NCBI GenBank assembly: GCA_025201805.1
Contig: MU619242.1
Location: 375,323 to 439,322, forward strand
Reading direction: 5' to 3'
Length of the DNA stretch: 64,000 nt
Source: Parasitella parasitica NRRL 2501
Taxonomy: Eukaryota > Fungi > Mucoromycota
The translations under genes and the position numbers were made by a program. Positions 13,276-26,056 of the stretch are shown one piece after another. A model generated the notes under the pieces. That model was not told the DNA's origin, ran no database searches, and worked only from the letters and a program-made list of their open reading frames with translations. Every line of letters starts with the position of its first letter. Positions within the stretch are counted from its first letter, which is position 1.

Positions 13276-15262
13276 TGTATCTCCGAGAAATATTATCATT
13301 GTGTAATTGCAAGAAATTTAAGTGAATGTTGTCTGTAGCAAGGCATCCGTAACGGACCACCTTTACATGGCAACGAAGCAGACTTTACAATATTTGACAG
13401 CAACTGCTTTGGGTATCCGAAGGATTGTTTTGACGAATGAATAATTGAGTAAAAAGCAGCGCTTAGATCAGGGCTATCCATTATATTATATGATGAGATG
13501 CACATTTCGGCAAGTTTTTATACGCCTCAAACTTTGATTTTTGCACTTACTTGATGCAAAGATACTTTTTTCAATATTTGAAGACGGAAACTGCCTTACA
13601 TATAAAACATTTCCTGGCTCAGGTATTACACCCAAAATATCGACCGTGTTTTTATTGAGTAATGAACGTTGTGGTAAACAACCAGAATGCTTGGCTTGCT
13701 AAATACATACCAACCAAAAAAAACTCCACAAAAATGTTTGTAGGCTTTATCAGAAGACTTGTGGCTCGCAGACGGAACTGATGTTAGTAAATGCACTCAA
13801 TTAGACGGACACCACTAGTGCTAGTTGAGGTTTGCTACATGGAACAATTCAACTTGTTCCGCTCTTGGCCTTAGCTAGATACCGCATTTGATCCTTCACG
13901 TTGGCAAATGTGGGCTTCAGGTACCCTTTGCAGCTGTTGTCTTTAAAGTCTGGAGGCCGCAATCAGATTTGCACTCAACTTCTTGCGGTTGATTGTGTTA
14001 GTATTATGGTACATGTACTATAAGAACTAAGATGTGCATACACAATTATGTAGCTTTTTTCTGCTGTTATTTTTTTTTTACTGTTAACACAAGGCTTTCA
14101 GAATATGTTGATGTGAGTGGTAAACCAATACGATTTTAGAATAGACCCTCTCTTCAATTTTCTATACTTTAAAGTTTTCCTCAATTCATAAATATGGTAG
14201 CTTTATGTAATAAAAAGAATTTGTTGTATACAGTTGAGTATGAAGGTATTCCTTGTGTTGTAGCATGAATCCTGGCTTAAAAGGTGCCGACCTCTTGTAC
14301 ACAGCATTTCCTGATGCTGATTAGACAAACTGCCAGATGCCGTAACTATTTCACAAGATTTGCATTCTAAGACGGGTATTGATTGTAGCTTATGTTAAAT
14401 AAGAATTGGTGCAATATCTATCATTTTGCAAACTTCTCTCTTAAGTAAATAAAGAGACATGTAGCCACAAGATGTGCTCTTCGTATTACATTTATATCAC
14501 AAACAGCTAGTAAAACTATTGATTCGACTAAAATGCAATTATATACGCAAAAACAAAAAAAAATCAACAACCAAACACGATACAATCATTATAACGATCA
14601 AATGTTTATACAATTTAATTCTTGTATGAGCAGTGCACGGGTAAGTAGTAATCGCGATACGCTAAAAACAAAGAAGAAATCATATCAAACTGCCCGGAGT
14701 TGCATCTTTAGTTCATCAGTAACAAGAATTGGTTGTAATGCATCCATGCTCGTAAGGATCAAAGTTGTGGGTTAACCTCTTATTGCTATAGTATTTACGC
14801 TACTCGCATAGCTAAAAGGCCAAGCAAATATAGCATGCGCCATCGTGCTTTCAGTAAGGGACGCTAAAGAATGACCTCATGAAATCCAAAGGTAAGTTGT
14901 AGGATCCTTGAATCAGCTCTCGCTCACATAGTGTTCCTATATGTTACAATTACGATATGTTGTAATCCATTACAGTTTCTCTTATTCAAAAGGTAGAAAC
15001 ATTTGGCGATTGCCCATTTATCTATGTTTGAAAAAGCCATAGTAGAGCTAATATCAAGATACCAGAATCTAACATGGAAGCTTCATCTTGAATATTTTAA
15101 ACCAATCATGTCAGCTCGGGCCAATATACAACGAAACACTATGGGCAACCGCACAAACAGACCTCATTAAGCTACAATCTTATTTTGCATGAGAAAAATA
15201 AATTCTTTTTTTTTTCTTGTCCGTCCAAAGTAATAATTTCTTTCTTCATAATCTTTATAGCC

Positions 15263-15510
15263 ATGACAACAATGCAAAGGAAAGCATTCTCAGATGAAGA
15301 CGATAGTGATAATATGGGAACAAACAAAACACAAGCGAAATCTACTAAAAAGAGGAAAAGAAGTGCAGTAAAACGATTTGACGACGAACAACATACATCC
15401 ACCACCATAGCAACCTCAGAAACCACAGCAACCACGGCCGAAACAACATCAGCAACAGCAATACCGAACAAAGGTAGTGTATGTGTATGTGTGTGTGTGT
15501 GTATGTGTAT

Positions 15511-15562
<52 letters not shown>

Positions 15563-16402
15563 TGTACAAGGGAATAAAACATAAAAAGGAAACCCAAGCG
15601 CGGGTGTATCTAATCTATCCAAACAACTAGATACCTCATACTTGGACGATATCGAAGAAACTGAAGAAAAAGAAAAGAAAAAGATCAAACGAGAAAAGAA
15701 ATCTAAACCAAAAGCGATACCCAAAAAGAAAGGTGTGCTATCGAGAGAAAAAAGAGATACGTTTGTAATTAATTTATATAAATTGTTAATGTATATATAG
15801 CACCCTTAGATTTAGATCGACAATGTGGTGTATTGATAGCGCCTTTAATGAATCCATGCACAAGATCACTTACATGTAAAATTCATGCAATGGGGGCAAA
15901 ACGAGCAGTGGAAGGACGAACTCATCCGTTTAACGAATTGCTGGCAGCCTATCAGAAAAAGGGCATTGGGAGACCACAAGGTAAAATTGCACATCTTAAT
16001 TTTCAAAATAAAGTCTTATATTTTTTGCCGACACTATTAGTACCTGTTGGAGGTAACCAAGCAAATCAACACGGACAGCAGAAATCTTCATCCAGTAGCA
16101 AACTAAACTTACAGCATCAGCAACAAAAACAGCAGCAACAGCAGAAAACTCCAAATGAAGATGATGATAACAGTAATATAGCAATTGACTCTGATGAGGA
16201 AACTGAAAATATTAGAATAGCTATTGAACAAACCCGACCCATTCCATTAGGATGTAGACAAGTGTTTTATGTAAGAAGAAAGAGAGAATATCATAAATTA
16301 CGAGACATTTTATTAGAAGCGATTACGCCCAAAGTGAGTCCAACATCTGCTGCATCTACCACCACCACCACATCTACCTCTCCAACGTCTACCTCTTTGT
16401 GA
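15263..16402 (+). CDS. SCA7 zinc-finger (ataxin-7/Sgf73-like) protein
   Basis: [10 protein letters not shown]...[25 protein letters not shown]7 domain and DSDEE motif. Introns 15474-15630, ~15733-15800 and 15981-16040. Confidence 0.85.
15478..15565. repeat. (TG)n microsatellite in intron 1 of the SCA7 gene
   Basis: Long, slightly imperfect TG dinucleotide run. Confidence 0.9.
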
Positions 16403-16978
16403 ACGAAAGATAATAAACGGAACCAATCAATCCTTGTTGATATCAGCGGGTGTGTATGTTAGAGAATATCTTTAACTTTATTATGTTCGATAAATACGCC
16501 ACGTGGAATGGCCCAGCATTTTAAGATTATTGCTGTCATTTACAATGTAATATCGAATCACAAACGTGGGTATGTCGAGTTACACCTTACTAATTGAGCT
16601 GAAGCCATGTGACACACAAGTATATAACACACACACTCAATATTAAACGAGAAAGAAAGTTTCATGATTATCAATTTGGGAAACTATCGAAACTTTTTTA
16701 GTAATACCTGGTGGGATGAATCAAGATTATTATTGATGTATATATGTGTGTAATTGATTTAAACGCACCCCAGATAAGACATTTTTGATTCGAATAAAAA
16801 GAGTTTTTTTGTTGATTTTTCCTCTTTATCTCTTCTTTTGTTTTTTTCACCTCTCTTTTGTTTTCTCTAAAAAAGAGCTTTAATTTAGAAAAATATGTCA
16901 TTAAATAAGTAAATAAGAATAACAAAGAGTTAATTGCATTGTGTATTAAAATACCAAATCATACTCAGGAACAATTAT

Positions 16979-18277
16979 ATGCTTCAGCATACACCCTCTT
17001 CATCGTCGTCAAGGTAACATGAAAGAATTACAACGGCTCTTTAATTCCATCTCGTTGCCATATGTCAACCAGATTGGCTGAACAAAAGAAGAGCTTGTTT
17101 TGCCATCCAAATAAACTAAATTATTAAATCGGTTGATAGGGATGATAATCATTGCTTGATGTTACCGCCCATCTCATCAATGGACAATTATTTACCTACA
17201 CGTACGTGGAATCCTCCCTCTTTCACAGCGTCATCGCCAAAAGAATTACCTACGACAACATCTTTACCCACACCTCCTCAGCCTGAACAATGGAAATCAC
17301 CTCCTTATAACAGTAAAAATGAGTTAGCAAGAGATAGTCTGTATAAATCGCCATTATTGTTTTCAAACACAAGTGCAATGACAGACCAGCAGCAGCAACA
17401 TTCACCCGTTATGCAATCGCATCATAACAAACCCCTTGAATCCTCCTCGTATTTTCAATACACATCAAAGGCATATCATTTTCAACAACAACAAAAGAAA
17501 CACGGCTCTTCTTCAGCATTCAAATTGCATCACAATACTATGGTAAATAAAGCGGATCATGACATTGATCAAGTTGTATCACAATGCAACACATTGTGCG
17601 ATAACATCATTCAGCACAAAGACCAATTTATCAACCATGATCATGAGCAATCTTCCACAAGACCGCTACTGGATGACATGATTGGGAGAGCAAATGAAGT
17701 ATTAAATGCTTTGTTAAGGCTTCGAAAACATCAAATAGCATCAGAACAATATCAATCCAATTTGTTGCAGCAGCGGCAACAACAACAAACTGCAGCGGCA
17801 ATGGAGCAAGATTCTGATAATACTGAGCCTGATGCATGGCGTTCGTTATCTGGTGAATCTGTATCTCATATCAACAATCCTGCTAGGCAGCGTAAAAGAG
17901 GGGTAAACATGCTTTTGCAAATGTTTGTTGTTGATGGTGATGATGATTAACAATTTATATATATAGAAACGTCCACAATTTCGAGGTCGATGCCATTCTT
18001 GTAACATATCCGAAACACCTGAATGGAGAAGGGGCCCTGATGGAGCGCGCACCCTTTGCAATGCATGCGGCCTTCGTAAGTTTCCATCATTCAGAAAGAA
18101 TTATGCAAATTAATCATTTCATCTGTAGATTACGCTAAATTAGCTCGTAAGCAGCAGGAAAATCGTGGCATGAGCAATGCTCAGCTATTAACAACACCGC
18201 TTCATCGAAGATTTAGCACAGGAAAATTAACACCACCCGCAGACGAAATCATTATTGGCCGTTCGCCAACTGGTTAG
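16979..18277 (+). CDS. GATA zinc-finger transcription factor
   Basis: Spliced C-x2-C-x18-C-x2-C finger [32 protein letters not shown]. Pro/Gln-rich N-terminus. Three introns. Confidence 0.9.
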
Positions 18278-19316
18278 TCCCGCCATCGCTGTTAAATCAA
18301 CCATATGTGTAATAAGGATTTGTTTTGCTCAGACAGTACAATACCATGACCCCCGCATATACCTATTTCCAATCATTTGTAAATAAATCTATTATTCCCT
18401 TGACTGGCTGGGCTTGGAGGTGAATAACCATCATACCATTACTCAGACTACCCGACCTTAAAATAATAAAAATTCCTTTTCTAGGATTTTTAGACTTTTT
18501 AAGAATGCTCGTGTATTATGAGCTTTCTCCCATCATCGTTAGTCTGACAATTGTAAAAACTGAAATGTACGGGTATATATCAGATCTACGATAATCTGTG
18601 GATAAGTCTTATTTGAAACGATGTCATACGGTGCAACATAAACATTGAGTGCTTAGATCTGGTATATCTTGTTTAGAGCAAACTTAAGATGCCATTTTGT
18701 AGATTTGAAAAAATATAAGCATCGTTTTGTGTAGAAAGTAGCACGCTTTTTTTTTTTTGGATTTTGATGGCTAAAACTGGGTTTCTGTGATAAATGTGCA
18801 AGGCATTTGGCAATACATATAATGATAAGAAAAGGTCATCTCCGGATTTTCGGTCATAGTACAGTGATTGTATCTGACTAATAGCATATACTGATGTCAT
18901 CTGTGAGAGCGAGACACATAGAATGAAAAGTAAAATAATGACAACAAATCGCCTACTGTATATGGCGACGAGATTTTAGACGGGCTATCATTTTCGGAAA
19001 CAAAATTAGGAGGGGAGAAGTGGCCTTATTTTGCCGAAAGGGTTGAATACTGCATATTCTTTCTCGGGGATGTTTTGGTCATTCGAGCACAATGGTATAC
19101 CGGAACTAAGACAGAAGAGAGGAAGCCTGGCTCTATGCCTTTTCTCAAACACCTTGAGGTCAGGGAGGTGTACAAATCCAATTGAACTGCGAGTGAAAGT
19201 TCTCATCTCTTACAAAATTTACTGATTGCTATCTTACTCCTTAAAATAATAGAACTTTGTTAGTTCTAATTTTATATTGTTGTACTATTATTGGAAACAA
19301 AAACATAATTCAAGTA

Positions 19317-20240
19317 CATAGTTTTATACTTGTACCCACATTATTACCTCTGACTCAGATCTGTGAGTCTAAATATTCGAAATTTGGACCATAATGGCAT
19401 AAAGCATTTTTGATATATAATTACAAGGTAGAGTCTGAGTCCAGCTGGTAAATTCATGTAATATCTGTAGTACATGGCCAAAGCGATAACTTTGGTGGGA
19501 AGTGCTTTTTGGTGTTTATTTTGAAGCGCTTTTCTGCTAAAAAGGCTTGGGCGTTTGCCTGTCTGCCTGAGACTATTGAAAATCTTGAGGATATTTAGCA
19601 CGGTTGCTTGACCACGGTTCCAGAGACTTCTCTTTGTTCCTCTGTTCTCTTGCTCAATACAGGCCAAGTTCTTACACCTAGCAATATATTAGTTATCAGG
19701 AGTTAATACGATTTCTTCTTCTTTGAGTTATTTCAAAAAGCCATGGCATGTTACGTTCGGGTTATTGTGTGTTTGATAAGGACGAGAATTAGGTATAGTC
19801 TTGAATTTTTCCAGCTCGCCTTCACATGCAGAGCAGTGTGATGATGTTTTGTATTTGTCTATCAAATACGCAATAAACCAGCTTTTCTTGAGTATTTGTA
19901 TCAATCCTTTATTTCTTAGTTCTTGACACTTGACGTGCTTTACTGATAATTTTTAGTTATTATCATTGCAGAGATCTTTTGCTAATTATAAAACTTATCT
20001 CTATACATTGGCATCTAATCTTTCTGAAATTCGTTTTTGTTGCAGCATTATTTGCAAGTAGTTGGCATACAGCCGGGACTTTTGGGAGGCGTCAGTAAGA
20101 TAGCTCGCGAATAAATTTCCACAATTCAGAAAAGTATATTATCATTGACTTTGTAGTCTCATTTCCATAATACTCGTACAGAGTGGTTTGAACTGATGCT
20201 CTTGCCTTGATGTAATTCATAAACTTTTTCAGTGTATAGG
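19317..20240 (-). mobile_element. Degenerate Fanzor1 (TnpB-like RuvC nuclease) C-terminal half plus putative right end
   Basis: Across frames: KFMNYIKARASVQTTLYEYYGNE...YLQIMLQQKRISERL...RNKGLIQILKK...YLIDKYKTSSHCSACEGELEKFK...NSRPYQ...CHGFL[intron]CKNLAC...LWNRGQATVLN...GKRPSLFSR. Confidence 0.85.
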
Positions 20241-20553
20241 CCTGGATTCAGATGTAGAAAAGTCGTCATCTGAGCTATCTTGTACATACATTTCAAATAG
20301 GTCTAAAATTATACATGTCCCTAGTCAATAACATTTTGATCCATTGTGTTATATATATGTAGCTTACCATTTCGATGTGAAGTTTTTAGACTGGAGTATC
20401 CTTTCATTTTCCAGTTTGATTTCATGAGTAAAATAAAAGGTGAAGGGAAAAAAGAGTCTTCTTGTAACCTGATGAAAAATATTGACAGGAATTACAACTT
20501 CCATTTATTCGTATATTTCTGCAACAGATATCTCATGATATACTATTTATGAT

Positions 20554-21222
20554 TTATTCTTTCATGTATCTCAAGATAGCAACTCTTTTTTTTGATTCAG
20601 CCTTCGCTTGTTTGGCTATCTCTTTCCCAGGATCTTTTTGGCTTTCCGTCACCAGGCGTTGACGCTCAATGGCTCTTTTTTCGACCTCTTGATACTTGTG
20701 AGTAACAAGCTTTTTCCCAGTATCTTGATGACCAATGCCAAGCCGATCTTGCTTTAGTACAGTAGCAATTGGATGTCTTCTTCCTTTGTTATCTGGTCCT
20801 AATCCTTGCTCATACTGCCATCCTTGCGAGCGTAGCATTTTAAAGCCCACATTGCTTCCATTTAGAGTGAGGATATCAGGTGCAGTGGGATACATTGCTT
20901 GATTACTGACCATATGTGCTGTACCTCGTATGTGTCGCTTGTAATCAGATTTAGAAATTCGCATGTCACAACTCTCACATTGGATCGACTCTTTCTCGGG
21001 TTCTGGGTGCTTTTCTTTTTCTTTTGTCGCTGAAAGCGGCGAGGATGAGACTATACTGCGGTAGAACGAGGCTATTTGATCTCCATTGGTGTCGTCTGCT
21101 GACGTTGGTTTTTGTTTTTTGGTTGAGGGATCTGATGGTACAAACTCAATAGGACGACTGTATCTCGTTACAAACTTTCTCTTCTTCGTAACATCTTGCT
21201 CTTTTTCAGACATAGTCTCCAT
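20554..21222 (-). CDS. G-patch domain protein with zinc-finger-like CxxC...H motif (GPANK1-like)
   Basis: 222-aa ORF with CESC...HIRGTAH and G-patch NVGFKMLRSQGWQYEQGLG...RRHPIATVLKQDRLGIG. Confidence 0.85.
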   Translation of the reverse strand: METMSEKEQDVTKKRKFVTRYSRPIEFVPSDPSTKKQKPTSADDTNGDQIASFYRSIVSSSPLSATKEKEKHPEPEKESIQCESCDMRISKSDYKRHIRGTAHMVSNQAMYPTAPDILTLNGSNVGFKMLRSQGWQYEQGLGPDNKGRRHPIATVLKQDRLGIGHQDTGKKLVTHKYQEVEKRAIERQRLVTESQKDPGKEIAKQAKAESKKRVAILRYMKE

Positions 21223-21699
21223 ATTCTTAAAATGATGAGAAGTTGTGGTATTTTACGGTCACAGGAAACTACAGCTTAAAATATACCGTAATATTTGAGG
21301 CTTACGAACGAGATACGGTAAGAATAACTCAGATAAAATGTCATTAGACAATCATACCGCAATTATATACGTAACAGTGTTTTAGATAAAAAGAATAATA
21401 GGATAATGTTTATTCATAGTAAATAATAAATTATTTATAATACCTCGCAGCAAGTGAATATTCTAGATCTTACTAGCACAATTACACCTGAATAAAAGTT
21501 ATTTTACGACCACAAGGGTTTTTAATGGAGAATCTCATTTGTGATTGTGCCATTATTCTGAGGAAGCTCTAAATTACCCATAATCACTCCGCTTGATTTA
21601 GTACTACACTGCAAAATCTATAAATGAATGCTATATTATGGTATTACCAACCTCTTTAATTAATATCTTGGCAGACCATCGTTATAATTTGAAGCCAAT

Positions 21700-22940
21700 A
21701 GGAAGTTCGGGCAACGTATTTTCCAACACTGATACCCGAGCCGATAGAAGCATAAACCATTCCAACGCTTATAAGAGAATGCATAGTTTGCTGGTAGTAT
21801 GCTAAATCATTAGATGGCCTGACTTTGATCTTTTGCCCTTCAATGAACGCCAAGCTTTACTTTATAGTGCTATCAAATCATCTGCTCTCCTCGAAAACCT
21901 CCAAGAATCCCACATCTTCTTTGTTGATGGCCCAGGTGGTACTGGTAAGACATTTGTGTTTAATACACTCCTTGATCGTGTCAGACGAGAAGGTGATATT
22001 GCGATTATTGCTATGGCATCGAGTGAACTTGCTGCATTGTTGCTCAAAGGCGGACGTACTGCTCCCTCTACTTTTAAGATACCTTTAAAGATTAGCAACG
22101 CTAGCATGTGCGACATTTCGTCTCGCTCTGACATAGCATCATTTATCCAAAGAGCAAAAATTAATGTTTGGGATGAATGCTCAATAATTAGCAAGGACTT
22201 AATAGCAACAGCTGAGCGCTTATTTCGTGAGTGCTTGAACAAACCCGGCTTTTGGCCACTGGTAGTCTCCATGCAATTGCGTACAAATATGAGAGTTTGA
22301 CGGGCCCTTCATACTGACAATCCAAGTCTTGCTAATGAATTTCAACATATTGCTGATTATCTACTTCAGATTGGTCTACAAGGTACCGTCCCTACAATTA
22401 CTATGCCCAGAGACATACCTTTAGATTGTATCCAAATTCCTGAGGAGATGCTCATACCCGGAGATAATCTAATTAATTTGAAAAGAAGCATACTCTTTAC
22501 TACGGCTACAGTCTTGATTACTTTGTTGAAAGGGTCACCTTGACTGCCAAAATCAGAGATGTCAAGGTGACAAACGATATACTTTTTGAGTGTATTCCAG
22601 AGCACAAATGTCGTACGTCAGTAGTAATCAAGCTTGTGAAAATGAAACTCAATTGACATTGCCGGTTGAAATGCTTAACACCATTGAAAATGGGTTCTGC
22701 CTCCTCATATCCTTGATTTGGAAATTGGTGCTCCAATTATGGCAATCAGAAATATTGATCCTGCGGCAGGCATCTGTAATGGTACCAAATTAATCGTTAA
22801 CTCACTGATGAAGAATGTCATCGAAGCAATCATTGCTACTGGGTCCAATGCTGGCAACATTGTTTTAGGTCCCTCAACTGTATGTTGCTTTATCACGTGC
22901 GAGGACGCCAACTTCTGTCAAAATAATGATCACTGATGAT
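21700..22940 (+). mobile_element. Helitron-type Pif1 helicase fragment (decayed)
   Basis: FFVDGPGGTGKTF Walker A, AALLLKGGRTAPSTFKIP, VWDECS, MQLRTNMRV and GAPIMAIRNIDPAAGICNGTKLIV. Internal deletions, stops and frameshifts. Confidence 0.85.
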
Positions 22941-23589
22941 ATATCCAATATTTATCAAACCAATAGAGAAGATCAGTGGCATTTCCTCTTGTAATGCCTG
23001 GGTTCATTATCTGAATTTTTTTCTCTCAACTCATATAATTTTTTTTTTTTTTCGTATTCATTAATTTATATTTATATCCAACAGCCGAATTATTCTGTCA
23101 TAGCTTAACATATAAACATATTACTAAATAGACATATTATTAAATAAAATAGAGTGTACAGCTTAAAAAATTGTCTTTTTTAGTCAGACCATATCCAATT
23201 TCGAGAGATTCAGGCTTTTTCGCCCGAATCTGAACATTATTTACTCTGTTTAGAGAGCTTTTATTGTAAATAAAAATATATGATCGTTTATTTCATACTT
23301 TCTTTCATACACACATATTTTACTTCTAATTTTCTGAAACATTTACGTATTTTTAGTTAGTTTCTGAAAATGAGATGTGCTTGACTTAACGCCAATTTCT
23401 CGAAAATCAACAGACTAGAATGGAGCTGAGAAAACCGACCAAAGCATTTGTTAACTCTATTCCTTCTTGATTTATATCTCAATTGCACCTGCCTCTTCGA
23501 TATGACCTTATACTCTCATTGTATGCAGCTCAAGTAATATACAGGAGTTAAAAAGAAAAAAGAACATAACCAACGATGATTACTAACAA

Positions 23590-23945
23590 GAACTCGAAGT
23601 GTCACCGACAATTGGACGATTACACTTGCGGTTTGGTTATCGGTAGAAAACTTGCAAGACAGAAGATTGCAGAGATTTAACGGGAAATGAAAATCTTGGA
23701 GTCTGCTATTTACTATTGCGTCAACAGGTTTGAGTAAACCGGCAAATGAGCTATTAAGAAACATACGGGAAGACCTCTGACATTATCTGAAAGGAATCAC
23801 AGAACTATGATCCACAGTTTCAAGGAACAACCCTTTCTCCCATTTGTTCAACACAATGAAAAATTGAAAGCCGCTGAGATCAAAATCCATCATTAGACTT
23901 TGATCAAGTATGCTGCCATGAATGGGTATGGTCCTTGCAGTCTTG
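23590..23945 (+). mobile_element. Tc1-like transposase N-terminal (HTH) relic
   Basis: LDDYTCGLVIGR...VNRFE*TG...TGRPLTLSERNHR...KEQPF, then QHNEKLKAAEI...TLIKYA after a frameshift. Several stops. Confidence 0.65.
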
Positions 23946-26056
23946 TAGTTGAATAAAAACCTTAATCACGCTTTTTAGGTTTGCAGTGTCCCACATCATA
24001 AATCTGGTTCACTCACGAATCAAAAAAATACTCAAAGAATATATCGAAGACGACGAAATGTGGAAATCTGCTGCACTAGGAAATGTCGCCCTCCCCGAAG
24101 GCTTGAGCTCTCGCTCTAAAAAAATGTTCGATAATGTAGTTAAAGTAAGTTGATCTGATAACTCTTTATCAGTTGGGAAAAAAACAATAATAACATCATA
24201 TAATCTTCTCTTCTGGAGATCGCTATTTATGAAAAGAAGATCGACCCATTGAAAAGTGACCCTTTCGATCAAGAACAAAAAAAAATAAAATAAAAAGAAA
24301 ACCTTCTAGTTTTGATGTCGCCTGCTGTAGCTGCCAAAAAGCAAGAAGACTTCCTAAAAATATACAAGCTTCAGTTCCCCAAACATACTTTTCACGCCGC
24401 TAAAAAAGTATAATATATCTCGAGATTAGATGAATAATTACATATAGTAAATTTTATTGTTTAAAATTAAAAGTACGGTGTATAAAAACTGTTTGAATGA
24501 CCAGATCAGGTTAGATTTGATACGCTCTTTCTAAAAATAATCGGGTGTGATCGCCAAATAAATAGTTGACATGTGTAAAAAACTAGTTAACGAAAGCAAT
24601 TTAGTGGGATAAAATGGATTTTAATATTCTATTGTTACTTTTTACTAGTTCGCTGGCTACCATCAGTGTCACTTTGGCAATCACTGTTCAATGGAAGCGA
24701 TATACACAAATTATATATAATAATATTTATTGAAATAATACTCTAAGTGTTACGATTTTCTGGGATATTTCCATCCATTTTCCTGTGGCATGTAATGAGA
24801 TACGGTGCTAATTAATGTGCACGGTACGAGACGATAATACAGGTTTGACGCTATTACTCCTCGTATTTAGTTTCCTGTTTCATTCACGTCTACTTGGCTG
24901 CCTTAGCAATATAACTGTACTGAATATATGCTATCAAGGTAGGAATTTAAATAGATCATTTTCTTGATCCGATATGACATCCAGATCTAGAAATGTCAAA
25001 ATTCTAGTGTCGAATAAAGAAAAAAAAAATTGCTTCTACGGAATACATTTGATCAAAAAATCAAGGATTAACGGATTCCTTTTATATATTAGAATTATTG
25101 TGGGGAAACCATATTTCTTTGAACCGAGTAGCGAAACAAGCTGCAAGACGGTGAAATCCCTGGTAAATGGATATGGAAAATCCACATATCCTTTCCATTG
25201 ACCCGTGTTTCATTCGATCTGGGTATCACTCGGTATTTGAAATCTTGTAGGACATACAACTGTTGCATGCCATGTGTTCGAGAAAGTACTTGTACAAGTG
25301 CACGAAATAAACTTGATATTTCGCACCAGGGATAAGTTGTAGAACATGTACATACATACAACGTTGTCTGTGCACTGTGTTCTACAGCTATTTTACAAGC
25401 GTCTACTATAGTTTTCAATTTAAACATTTGAGATCCAGTACGATCTATTGTCTCCGTTGTAATATATATTAATAATACGAGTAAAAGGATGCCCATTTTC
25501 GGTGAAAGATCTGTTATCTTTTGCACCTTCTTTCTAGTTCTTCTTTTTTCTTTTCAATGGTTTTATCAGCTTATTACCCCAAAACCGATCAACTGAGATA
25601 TAAACTAGCAGTAAAAATAATGACAATATTGCCAATGCCCAGTTTATGATATTGCTAGAAACAAACATTTTTTTGATTAAATGTCGTACAAGATCTTGTA
25701 ACTTGAAGTCAATCTTGGAAAAAATTTAACTGTGGGAACTTTTCGCCTAAATTTGGATTATATTTGCCATTTTTATACAATTAAATGTACAGTCGATCAC
25801 TCGGTATATGTTGTTTCCTAGTGATTGTTCATTGAGTCAACAATTGAAGGTATGCTTCATTCTTATATCCTTTTTTATGCTGCCATTAACCATTGACTTG
25901 TAGCTGTTGAACGCAGCACTTTTGTATGTAAGCTTGGAATTGTATTTTATCGCCGCACCAAACCTTGATCTGGTTTCAAGAAAAGCATAAATAGGGCCGA
26001 CAAATTCCTACCATTATCTTTATATCTAATCAATTTTTTTTTTCCTTGTGTTATTT

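Noticed and set aside
13290-15150. Possible decayed coding or TE fragments (similar ones at 9530-10700, 23990-25530, 37400-38300 and 51780-52150)
   Set aside because: Short open stretches with no motif that could be assigned confidently; a homology search is needed.
15172-15724. His-Thr / Cys-Val repeat ORFs
   Set aside because: Translations of the intronic (TG)n microsatellite.
19317-22940. One composite Helitron-Fanzor element capturing the G-patch gene
   Set aside because: The fragments lie on opposite strands, no shared termini were seen, and the G-patch gene looks like an ordinary intact host gene.
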